From assembly GCA_947591785.1 (NCBI GenBank), contig CANQDK010000002.1, positions 79,069 through 143,068 of the forward strand: a stretch of 64,000 nt of DNA, read 5' to 3'. Positions within the stretch are counted from its first letter, which is position 1. Each line of letters begins with the position of its first letter. The DNA comes from an uncultured Clostridia bacterium (GTDB taxonomy: Bacteria > Bacillota > Clostridia > Christensenellales > UBA1242). Below the pieces are notes generated by a model. That model made no database searches. It saw only the letters and a list, made by a program, of their open reading frames with translations, and was not told the origin of the DNA. Below are positions 27,792 to 36,474 of the stretch, one piece after another. The position numbers and the translations under genes are program-made.

Positions 27792-29798
27792 TCAATCTTC
27801 CATTCCTAAGTATTTAAACACCAACTCTTCTGCATTTGACTTCGATTCCCCACATTGATAATTGCTCACTATAAACATGAAGCACTCTTCCTTATTACCA
27901 TTGGAAAGGACGTTTTCTTCCATGTTCACGACATATCCAGCTCTTGAATTAATAAGTTGGAAATCTCCGCCATATCTACTTGCAAGAATTGAAAATCTTA
28001 AATAGATTATTTGCCCATCTACGACAGATAATGTCACTTTTTCATCATTTTTTAATTCTTTATAAATCGGTTCCGCTTCCGCATCATCTGTTTCAAAATT
28101 TTTAGTTGCATAAAAAACTTTTGTGTAAGGAACTAAAATATTACTATTAACAGTGTTGGTCAATGTGATATATTTTTTAAATCTAACAAAGTTATCAAAT
28201 ATAAAGTCTGTATCTTTAGATGTCACAAATTTAATATAAAAATTGTCATATTTCCCAGTCGATTTATTAAATATTGCATTAAAAACATATCCATTTCCCA
28301 ATTCATACGAAACATTTTCTTTGGTTGTGAAATTAGCGGTTTGTTCATTGAGAACTTCTTTCACATTAAGAAGTTTCTTTATCGGCTCTTGTGCAACTTG
28401 AATTGAAATATCATAGTCATATAAATCGTAACCAAACATATATGCACTGTTATAACTGTCATATTCAAAATTCCAGACTATTGCATTTGTCAGTTCTTCA
28501 TTTGTGAAAATTGTTCCATCTGAGTCCTTGGATAAATATGGTTTTAATTCATTTTCACCATTTATCGTTTTAAAAGTTGGATTAAAAGATTCCTTTAATT
28601 TTTCTTCATCCTCTCTTCCAACTGAATATGTCAATTTGTGAGTGTTTTCAAGAGTGACTCCAACAACATTAATCTTAAATTCATCATAAATTTCACCTTG
28701 GATATCATCACACCAGCTTTGTGGAGTTCTCGCCTTGAAGTTATAAATCAAGGAATCTTCCTTTTCTTCTGTTGGTAAAACTTGTCTTTGATTGATATAA
28801 ACTGCCAATTTGTCATAGTTTGCAAAAGCAGTATTCACTTTCTTAACAGTAAAATTGAAATTTTCAGAATATGTTATTTCATCTGGCAGTCCAGTGATTT
28901 CACAAACCAAATTTTCGTCAGGCTTATGAACCACAAATTTTCTATATTCAATTTTACTAAAATCAACAGAAATTATCCATTCGTCTTTTTGGGAAATCTT
29001 TTCTCCCATATCAACAACATAGTAAACATATTGTCCATTAGCCCCTATTTGATGAACCCCTGAAACAGACATCTTAATTTCTCCATCTTTAGACTGAAGA
29101 ACAAATGGAGAATTCTCCACACTAAGATTGTTTTGTGGAATTGTAAAAATGTCACCATCTTTAAATCTTAATCTGAAACAACGATATTTGTTTAATGCGG
29201 CGTCAGTTTCAACACCATCATAGTCATGCGTAAAACTCTTCCCCGTTGAACCAGAAAGAAGAGTTCCAAAATTGCTATAACTCCCATCTTCTTCATTTTC
29301 AAAATTAATTTCTGTTAATTTTAATTTTTTATCTGTTTCAGAATCGGTTTCTTCATTATAAAGTTTTTGAAATGTAAAAGTTGTCGAAATTCTTTTAACA
29401 CCACTCACAATAATATCATAGTTGTCTGCAACACGTCCAAACAGGAAATTGGCGTAAAGTGTTTTCCCACTTTTTAAATCATAATTCTTATAGTTGAGAT
29501 TTTGCTGTTTGCCATTTACTAAAACTGAAATTCTAGATAAATCATAACCATCTTCTTCACATCTCAATTCCACAGTTATATTTGAAAATTTATCAACAGT
29601 GTAAACTTTTTTTGAATCAACAATATTTCCGTCCAAAACTCTATCAATTTTTTCATTTAAAAGGACGTTAACAAAAACAGGGCTAGCGCTGTTATCAACG
29701 GTTATCTTAAACGTTGATTGTCCAAAACAACCTGTCAAAGTCAGCCCTGACACAAAAAACATAAAACTAATCGCAAGAACAAAAATCAACTTTTTCAT
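27792..29798 (-). CDS. Hypothetical lipoprotein (668 aa)
   Basis: MKKLIFVLAISFMFFVSGLTLTGCFGQ lipobox with a GGGAGA SD. I recognise no enzymatic motif. Confidence 0.7.
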   Translation of the reverse strand: MKKLIFVLAISFMFFVSGLTLTGCFGQSTFKITVDNSASPVFVNVLLNEKIDRVLDGNIVDSKKVYTVDKFSNITVELRCEEDGYDLSRISVLVNGKQQNLNYKNYDLKSGKTLYANFLFGRVADNYDIIVSGVKRISTTFTFQKLYNEETDSETDKKLKLTEINFENEEDGSYSNFGTLLSGSTGKSFTHDYDGVETDAALNKYRCFRLRFKDGDIFTIPQNNLSVENSPFVLQSKDGEIKMSVSGVHQIGANGQYVYYVVDMGEKISQKDEWIISVDFSKIEYRKFVVHKPDENLVCEITGLPDEITYSENFNFTVKKVNTAFANYDKLAVYINQRQVLPTEEKEDSLIYNFKARTPQSWCDDIQGEIYDEFKINVVGVTLENTHKLTYSVGREDEEKLKESFNPTFKTINGENELKPYLSKDSDGTIFTNEELTNAIVWNFEYDSYNSAYMFGYDLYDYDISIQVAQEPIKKLLNVKEVLNEQTANFTTKENVSYELGNGYVFNAIFNKSTGKYDNFYIKFVTSKDTDFIFDNFVRFKKYITLTNTVNSNILVPYTKVFYATKNFETDDAEAEPIYKELKNDEKVTLSVVDGQIIYLRFSILASRYGGDFQLINSRAGYVVNMEENVLSNGNKEECFMFIVSNYQCGESKSNAEELVFKYLGMED

Positions 29799-29906
29799 TT
29801 TTTTCTCCCAAAGAAGTTTTCGTGCAAGTTAAAATGTTATTTGATAAATTTATTTTATCACAAAAAATAAAACTTACAAAATAAACGAGCAAAATTTTTA
29901 CAATAC

Positions 29907-29936
29907 TTGACAAATTTTATAGAGATTTTTTATAAT
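29907..29936 (+). promoter_or_regulatory. Consensus-like sigma-A promoter of the NMNAT-fusion gene
   Basis: TTGACA (29907-12), an 18-nt spacer, TATAAT (29931-36), then AAAAGGAGAA and ATG 29958. Confidence 0.5.
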
Positions 29937-29957
29937 TTCTAAAAGGAGAAGTCACTT

Positions 29958-31034
29958 ATGACAACTGCACTCTTTATAGGCAGGTTTGCCCCATCTCATA
30001 AAGGGCATATTGATGTTGTTATGCAATTACTCGATTCTTATGACAGAGTTGTGATTGGAATAGGAAGTTGCTATGAAATAGGCTCAAGCAGATATCCTCT
30101 TCTGGCAATTTTTCGTGAAAAAATGCTTTTGTTAAGCATTGCTGAACGTGGTGGAGACCTTTCGAGAATAAAAGTTGTTTATCTTGAAGACTATCCAAAT
30201 TTTGATGAATGGCTCAAAGATGTTCTTGAGATATGCAAAAAATATAATGTCACTCACTTTATCACAGGTAATAGAGAAGAAATTTTAGATGTCCTACTTG
30301 AAAGGAAAATTCATTTACCATTTCAGTTTATTAATCCCGAACTTACAAGCAATTTTTCACATCATGCAACAGAACTGAGAAACGCAATAAAAAACGGAGA
30401 TTTTCAAAAAGTAAAACATATTGCCTCTTATGGAACATTAATGCTTATGGGAAATGTCGATGGATTAAATGGAATAAGAATGGCTGTCGAAAATTCAGGT
30501 AGAGTTTTTAATGTTGGAAGACAAACTGTTGACCTTATCTTCACAATTCAAGAAAAAGAAGTTTCACCATCAAATGAAGCATATTACAAAACCTATGTGC
30601 TTTGTGGGTATCGACCAAAAGACAAGGAAGATTATCCAAACTATTTGGGACTTGTTGGAGATATGATAAACAAATTTGAATCGCCAATAGATGCTGTGCT
30701 TCGTGCTTTAAAACAAAGAACTGGAATTGAAGCAAAAGTTGAAATGAACACAACCGAACCCACAATCATAACTTTAAAATCTGACAACGGCCCAATTCTT
30801 GCCGATTTAAAGTTTTTGGAATTTTACACAGACAAAGAACAGTCTGGAAAACATGGCGGTTCAAGTCAAGCCTTCCATATAAATATAAATGGTGATAGAA
30901 AAATGTTTGACAACATATTGAAAAATGGAAGACTTGGTTTTATGCCTGCCTATGAAGCCCTTAAAATTGGACTTGCATATCAACAAACAGAAATGTTACA
31001 AGATGCTCTTAACAAATTAAAACACTATGCCTAA
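29958..31034 (+). CDS. NadM-type nicotinamide-nucleotide adenylyltransferase fused to a degenerate Nudix-like domain
   Basis: The N-terminus has ALFIGRFAPSHKGHIDVV, a (H/T)xGH nucleotidyltransferase motif in GRFxPxHxGH form, and later SHHATELRNAI (ISxTxxR-like). The C-terminal half has the Nudix-box position GDMINKFESPIDAVLRALKQRTGIE, which lacks the REx2EE glutamates. Confidence 0.65.
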   Translation: MTTALFIGRFAPSHKGHIDVVMQLLDSYDRVVIGIGSCYEIGSSRYPLLAIFREKMLLLSIAERGGDLSRIKVVYLEDYPNFDEWLKDVLEICKKYNVTHFITGNREEILDVLLERKIHLPFQFINPELTSNFSHHATELRNAIKNGDFQKVKHIASYGTLMLMGNVDGLNGIRMAVENSGRVFNVGRQTVDLIFTIQEKEVSPSNEAYYKTYVLCGYRPKDKEDYPNYLGLVGDMINKFESPIDAVLRALKQRTGIEAKVEMNTTEPTIITLKSDNGPILADLKFLEFYTDKEQSGKHGGSSQAFHININGDRKMFDNILKNGRLGFMPAYEALKIGLAYQQTEMLQDALNKLKHYA

Positions 31035-31116
31035 ACACAAAGAATTTCTTTAATAAAAAATTTAAAATTGGATTAAATCCTAAAAAAATCAAAAAAAATG
31101 CAAATTTTTCAAAAAA

Positions 31117-31139
31117 AAGATGATTTTTTCATCTTTTTT
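31117..31139. terminator. Bidirectional hairpin terminator between convergent genes
   Basis: AAGATGA (31117-23), T5 loop, TCATCTT (31129-35), flanked by A8 upstream and T4 downstream. Confidence 0.6.
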
Positions 31140-31141
31140 CA

Positions 31142-31975
31142 TTATTTTTTATCGCTTTGCCTATTTTGTTTTTTGTTAGAAGCAATTTTTGGAATTGGAA
31201 TTGTTGTTAATTTTGATTTATATTTTTCTAAAACTTCCTTTGTTGGCAAATTTAGAAAATTATAATAATCACCCACATTTGCATAAATTGGATAAGAAAT
31301 CATATTGTTGCCGTCTTCATTATTTGACGATAAAAGTTTATTTCCGCCCTTTGAAAGATTTTTTATATAGTCTTTCAAATAAACAGGGCCAAAATCGTTT
31401 GTTGGTTGTGATAAATCTTTTTCCTTACAATGAATCATTGATGAAATGTCAATTATAATTGGTTCACCAGTGAAAGTTATTGCATTGACAGCGTGTCCAA
31501 CTTTTTTTCCATTCATTTCGATTCGACAGCCAACATAATGCGAAAGCGGAGCATCTTTTGTGTGAACATAGTCAATCAAAGTTAAAAGTGCAAACGCTTG
31601 TGCAAATTGCTGACAAACACCTTTTTTCTCTTGAAAAAGTCTTGCAAGATTGAACTCTTTTTCTTTAAAACTTTCAGCATTGAATGGTTTGATTTCTTTT
31701 TGTTTTCCAAGTGCAAATTGCTCAACAAAATAATCCATATATTTTGATTTTTTAGACAAAATATCATCTCTTAATTTTTTATCATAAGAAAAATTGTCCA
31801 CAAAAAATTTTATATATGCTGTCAATCTGTCTGTCGGTTCAAGTTGTTTATATTCATTAAAAACTTCTGTAAGATAATTTATCACAAGACTTTTGCAATT
31901 TTCTTCAATAATTTTTCTTCCATTCACTTCGCCAACAAATTTAACATTTGCTTTAATCGATTTATTTTCTACCAT
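31142..31975 (-). CDS. Hypothetical protein, possibly a transglutaminase-like Cys-peptidase fold
   Basis: KKGVCQQFAQAFALLTLIDYV...GHAVNAITFTGEPIIIDIS has the Cys...His...Asp spacing typical of transglutaminase-like cores. The functional call is weak and no SD is visible. Confidence 0.4.
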   Translation of the reverse strand: MVENKSIKANVKFVGEVNGRKIIEENCKSLVINYLTEVFNEYKQLEPTDRLTAYIKFFVDNFSYDKKLRDDILSKKSKYMDYFVEQFALGKQKEIKPFNAESFKEKEFNLARLFQEKKGVCQQFAQAFALLTLIDYVHTKDAPLSHYVGCRIEMNGKKVGHAVNAITFTGEPIIIDISSMIHCKEKDLSQPTNDFGPVYLKDYIKNLSKGGNKLLSSNNEDGNNMISYPIYANVGDYYNFLNLPTKEVLEKYKSKLTTIPIPKIASNKKQNRQSDKK

Positions 31976-32183
31976 ATAAAAAGAATATCATAAATTAAAA
32001 AAAAACACAATAAAAATCAAAATTTTATAATTTTAATCGTGTTTTTTTGCGTTTTTTTGTAATTTTGAAATATTTTTATCAATTTTTATTTTATTTAAAA
32101 ATTATTTTTTTTAAATATTTTTTAAATTTTTTTAATTATTTTTTTTGATTGTCTTTTTGATTATTCATTTGATATATTTTTAA

Positions 32184-32669
32184 TTATTTATTTTGGTTTT
32201 TATCAAATTTTTGAATTATTCCACATGCAATTTTTTGTCCCGAATTTCCTGCTGGCTGAGTTGTGAAATCGTCAGGCATTTCATGAATTACAACACTTTT
32301 TCCTATAATTTCTTTTATCAAAAATCTTTCAGTATAAAACATAAAAAATGCTTCTCCATTATTGGAAAAGATTGGTGGCATATCTCCTGCATGTTTTGGA
32401 TGTGGTTGTTCTGTTGGATTATAATGGCCACCAGTTTTTGAAAAATTATCCTGACAATCTCCATTTTCATGAATATGCATTGCAAAAATATCTGTGTTTG
32501 TTTTTGGAAGGTTCTCAATTTCTCCAACAACGCACACTCCTTGCTTTAAACCATAAAATTCAACAATTCCCTGAATGTCGGAATATTTTTCTCCTCCTTG
32601 AATTTCAGCAATTGCACTTGGTTTTGTTTTATCAATATAACTAAAAATTTGTTTATCAACACCTTTCAT
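32184..32669 (-). CDS. sodC: Cu/Zn superoxide dismutase family protein (no signal peptide)
   Basis: Motifs MHIHENGDC, GGHYNP, HPKHAGDMPP, VVIHEMPDDF and GNSGQKIACGII. A GAGAGGG SD lies upstream. Confidence 0.8.
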   Translation of the reverse strand: MKGVDKQIFSYIDKTKPSAIAEIQGGEKYSDIQGIVEFYGLKQGVCVVGEIENLPKTNTDIFAMHIHENGDCQDNFSKTGGHYNPTEQPHPKHAGDMPPIFSNNGEAFFMFYTERFLIKEIIGKSVVIHEMPDDFTTQPAGNSGQKIACGIIQKFDKNQNK

Positions 32670-32849
32670 ATAAGCCCTCTCTTTTTATTTATGCCTAAAA
32701 AGAAAACTATGTGAAAAATTCGATAAATAAAATTTTTGATTTAAAAACTTTAAAAATTAAAATTGTCTTAAATTTATATAAAAAATCACTTTTTGTTTGT
32801 CAAATTTTTAATTTTTATGTCCTAAATATTTACGATAGTGCATTTGTAG

Positions 32850-32879
32850 TTGATTTTTTAAGAAAGCAAATGTTATAAT
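32850..32879 (+). promoter_or_regulatory. Candidate promoter of the ADH-ALDH-YhhN operon
   Basis: TTGATT (32850-55), an 18-nt spacer, TGtTATAAT (TATAAT at 32874-79), ~90 nt upstream of ATG 32970. Confidence 0.4.
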
Positions 32880-32969
32880 TGTTTTGTTAAAATATATTTG
32901 CATACAATTTTTATATAAGATAATTTGTTACATCAAATTTATAAAATTTAAAAAAAGGAGTTGTTTTTT

Positions 32970-34175
32970 ATGAACATTTTAAAAAAATTTTATTGCAGAG
33001 CCTATCAAATCGCTCTAAGAATTGCTCTTCCAATTTTACCTTATAGAGAACCTGTTTTGTTAAAAGATTATGACGAACTTGTGACAACTCTAAAAAATTT
33101 GGGTAAAACAAGCGTTTTACTCGTCACAGATAAAAGTATAAGAAATCTTGGTTTGACAGCCGATTTGGAAAACATAGTTTCTCAAAATGAAATATCTCTC
33201 TTTGTTTATGATAACACTGTCGCAAATCCAACCATTAAAAATGTTGAAGAAGCTGTTGAGTTATACAAAGAGAATCAATGCGACTGCATCATTGCTTTTG
33301 GCGGTGGCTCTGCTATTGATTGTGCTAAAGCAACTGGTGCAAGAATTGTCAAACCAAAAAAATCTCTCTCAAAAATGAAAGGCATTTTGAAAATTAGAAA
33401 AAAACTTCCAACATTGATTGCTATTCCAACAACTGCAGGCACGGGAAGTGAAACAACCTTGGCAAGTGTGATAACAGATGACGAAACCAGACATAAATTT
33501 GCAATCAATGATTTCCCATTGATTCCAAAATACGCCCTTCTTGATGCAAAATTGACAATAGGACTTCCAAAACATATCACTTCAACAACTGGAATGGATG
33601 CACTCACACATGCAATTGAGGCCTATATTGGACGAAGCACCACAAAAACAACTCGCGACAATGCCGTTCAAGCAATAAAACTTATTTTTGAAAATCTTGA
33701 AGTTGCATACTTTAACGGAGAAAATCTTACTGCAAGAGAAAATATGTTAAAAGCATCTTACTTGGCTGGGCTTGCTTTCACAAAAAGTTATGTGGGATAT
33801 GTTCATGCAATAGCTCATTCACTCGGTGGAAAATACAACATTCCTCATGGTCTTGCAAACGCAATCATTCTTCCTTATGTATTGAAAAAATATGGAAAGA
33901 AAATATATAAGAAATTATGGAAACTTGGTGTTTTAAGTGGGCTTTTTGAAGAAAAAACCCCTTGCGAAATAGGTGCAAAAATTTTTATTCAAAAAATTGA
34001 AGATATGAACAATAAAATGGGAATCAGTCAAACAATTCAAGAAATTCAGGAAGAAGATATTCCCGCCCTTGCAAAGACAGCAGAAAAAGAAGGAAATCCT
34101 TTATATCCTGTGCCAAAACTTTTAACAGCGGAACAATTGGAAGAAATTTATCGTGAGGTAAAATATGGGAAATAA
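32970..34175 (+). CDS. Iron-containing (group III) alcohol dehydrogenase
   Basis: Motifs GGGSAIDCAKA, PTTAGTGSE, and the His cluster HAIAHSLGGKYNIPHG. AAGGAG lies 9 nt upstream of ATG 32970. Confidence 0.9.
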   Translation: MNILKKFYCRAYQIALRIALPILPYREPVLLKDYDELVTTLKNLGKTSVLLVTDKSIRNLGLTADLENIVSQNEISLFVYDNTVANPTIKNVEEAVELYKENQCDCIIAFGGGSAIDCAKATGARIVKPKKSLSKMKGILKIRKKLPTLIAIPTTAGTGSETTLASVITDDETRHKFAINDFPLIPKYALLDAKLTIGLPKHITSTTGMDALTHAIEAYIGRSTTKTTRDNAVQAIKLIFENLEVAYFNGENLTARENMLKASYLAGLAFTKSYVGYVHAIAHSLGGKYNIPHGLANAIILPYVLKKYGKKIYKKLWKLGVLSGLFEEKTPCEIGAKIFIQKIEDMNNKMGISQTIQEIQEEDIPALAKTAEKEGNPLYPVPKLLTAEQLEEIYREVKYGK

Positions 34176-35544
34176 TGAACTTATTGATAAACTTAATGCA
34201 CAAAGGAAATTTCTTGCTGACAATCCTGTTATCAGCTTAGAAATGAGAAAACTTGCTCTTAAAACACTTTACAAAAACATTAAAGAAATGATACCTGAAA
34301 TTGAAGAGGCTCTGAAAAAAGATTTAAACAAATGTAAAACTGAAAGTTATATGACGGAAATTGGACTTGTTTTAAGTGAAATTTCGTTTATGCTTCGTCA
34401 CCTTCGTCATCTTTCACGAAAGAAATATGCTTACAGCCCTATATCAAATTTTCCTTCAAAATCCTACCGAAAGGCAAGTGCTTATGGAGTTGTGCTTATC
34501 GTAAGCCCTTGGAATTATCCATTTTTGTTGGCTATTGAGCCCCTGGTTGATGCCATTTCTGCAGGAAACACAGTAATTTTAAAACCAAGTTCAAACTCTG
34601 TGAATGTAAGCAAAGTTATTGAAAAACTCATTGCTAAAAGTTTTGCTCCAACGCATGCAACAACAATTATTTTAAATTCAAAAGTTGACGGAGATTTCCT
34701 TCTTGAACAAAAATATGATTACATTTTTTACACAGGAAGCACGCGTGTTGGGCAAATTGTAATGAGAAAAGCCACAGAAAATTTCACTCCTGTAACTTTG
34801 GAAATGGGCGGTAAAAGTCCATGTATTGTTGATGAAACCGCAAACTTGGAACTTGCAGCAAAAAGAATTGTGTTTGGAAAATTTTTAAATGCTGGCCAAA
34901 CTTGTGTTGCTCCCGACTATATAATATGTCAGGAAAACATTAAGGATAAATTAATAGAAGCTTTGGAGGTGGAAATTATTAGACAATACAGTGTTGATCC
35001 AATTTTAAATAAAAATTATCCTAAAATGATAAATCAAAAACAATTTGACTTCGCAAAAAATCTGATAAGCGAAGAAAAACTTATTTTTGGCGGAAAAACA
35101 GATGAAACAATATTAAAAATCGAACCAACACTTGTTAATGCAACCTTGGAAGACGAATGCATGTCAAAAGAAATCTTTGCTCCAATTTTGCCAATTTTAA
35201 CTTTCAATACTATAAGCGATATTGATTCAATTGTCATGAAAAATCCAAATCCTCTTGCTTTTTATGTGTTCACTAAAAACAGAAAATTTCAAAAACAACT
35301 TTTGGAAAAATATCAATTTGGTGGTTGCTGTGTTAACGACACCATTATGCATATTGCCAACAATCACCTTGCTTTTGGCGGAGTGAGAGAAAGTGGAATA
35401 GGACAATATCATGGAAAATATGGGTTTGAAACCTTCTCACATTTTAAAAGTGTTGTCAAAAAAAGAAACTGGATTGACATTCCTCTTAGATATCAACCTT
35501 ACAATAAAATTAAGAGATTCTTTATAAAGATGTTTTTAAAATAA
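34165..35544 (+). CDS. Aldehyde dehydrogenase (ALDH3/fatty-aldehyde-type architecture, 459 aa)
   Basis: Motifs LEMGGKSP (catalytic Glu), GQTCVAPDY (catalytic Cys) and FGGVRESGIG. It overlaps the ADH stop by 11 nt. Confidence 0.9.
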   Translation: MGNNELIDKLNAQRKFLADNPVISLEMRKLALKTLYKNIKEMIPEIEEALKKDLNKCKTESYMTEIGLVLSEISFMLRHLRHLSRKKYAYSPISNFPSKSYRKASAYGVVLIVSPWNYPFLLAIEPLVDAISAGNTVILKPSSNSVNVSKVIEKLIAKSFAPTHATTIILNSKVDGDFLLEQKYDYIFYTGSTRVGQIVMRKATENFTPVTLEMGGKSPCIVDETANLELAAKRIVFGKFLNAGQTCVAPDYIICQENIKDKLIEALEVEIIRQYSVDPILNKNYPKMINQKQFDFAKNLISEEKLIFGGKTDETILKIEPTLVNATLEDECMSKEIFAPILPILTFNTISDIDSIVMKNPNPLAFYVFTKNRKFQKQLLEKYQFGGCCVNDTIMHIANNHLAFGGVRESGIGQYHGKYGFETFSHFKSVVKKRNWIDIPLRYQPYNKIKRFFIKMFLK

Positions 35545-35599
35545 AATAAAATAAAAAATAAAAAAATTGAAATAAAAGCCCATAAAAAAGGAAAATAAA

Positions 35600-36331
35600 A
35601 TGAAAAAAATTGCATTTTTCACAAATTTAGCACTAATTTTATTAATTTTAGTTGGTGATGCTCTTTACATTTATTATGGAATATACACCCCTGTTAATGC
35701 ACTTTGGATAAAATCTGTAACAAGTGCTTTGTTTGTTATCCTTGGTGCTGCAAATCTGTTCTTTGCTTTCAAATTTCATATTTTAAATTTAAAATTTGGA
35801 ATTCTCCTGTTATGTGGGCTTACTTTTGCAATGCTTGGTGATATTGTTTTAAACATTCATTTCATCGGTGGAGCAATCTTATTTGCAATAGGCCATATTT
35901 TCTTCTTCACTTCTTATTGTTTTCTATCTAAAATCAATTGGAAAGATTTTTGCTATGGACTTGCCATATTTGTTCCTTCACTTTTATTAATTACGCTTGC
36001 ACCAATTTTTGATTTTGGCAGTATTCTTATGGAAATTATTTGTATTGTTTATGCCCTTATAATTTCTCTTATGGTGGGAAAAGCTTTATCAAATTTAATT
36101 ACCCTTAAAAATATTGTGGCTTGGTTTATTCTTATTGGAAGTGTTCTGTTCTTTATTTCTGATTTAATGCTCCTGTTAAATGTTTTTGCACATTTACCTC
36201 CAATCGTTGATATTCTTTGTCTTGTAACCTATTACCCTGCAGAAATAATCCTTGCTCTATCTGTTTCGGCAAGTATTTTTAAATCAAATCCAATCGAAAC
36301 TCAACAAAATAATGCAAATATTAATCAATAA
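35600..36331 (+). CDS. YhhN-family (lysoplasmalogenase/TMEM86-like) membrane protein
   Basis: About 8 TM helices. It carries LVGDALYIY, FAMLGDIVLN and FFISDLMLLL, the conserved Asp-containing motifs of the YhhN family. Confidence 0.7.
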   Translation: MKKIAFFTNLALILLILVGDALYIYYGIYTPVNALWIKSVTSALFVILGAANLFFAFKFHILNLKFGILLLCGLTFAMLGDIVLNIHFIGGAILFAIGHIFFFTSYCFLSKINWKDFCYGLAIFVPSLLLITLAPIFDFGSILMEIICIVYALIISLMVGKALSNLITLKNIVAWFILIGSVLFFISDLMLLLNVFAHLPPIVDILCLVTYYPAEIILALSVSASIFKSNPIETQQNNANINQ

Positions 36332-36430
36332 TTTTATTCTAAATTAATCAAATCATAAATTCTATTTTCTATAATTTTTTCTAACATTTTTTGCAAAAAA
36401 TAAATAAAATTTTATAAAAATTTAAAAAAA

Positions 36431-36453
36431 ACACACAAAATTGTGTGTTTTTT
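36431..36453. terminator. Bidirectional hairpin terminator between yhhN-like and T4CP genes
   Basis: ACACACA (36431-37), AAAT loop, TGTGTGT (36442-48), flanked by A8 upstream and T5 downstream. Confidence 0.6.
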
Positions 36454-36474
36454 ATTAATATCAATATTAAATTA

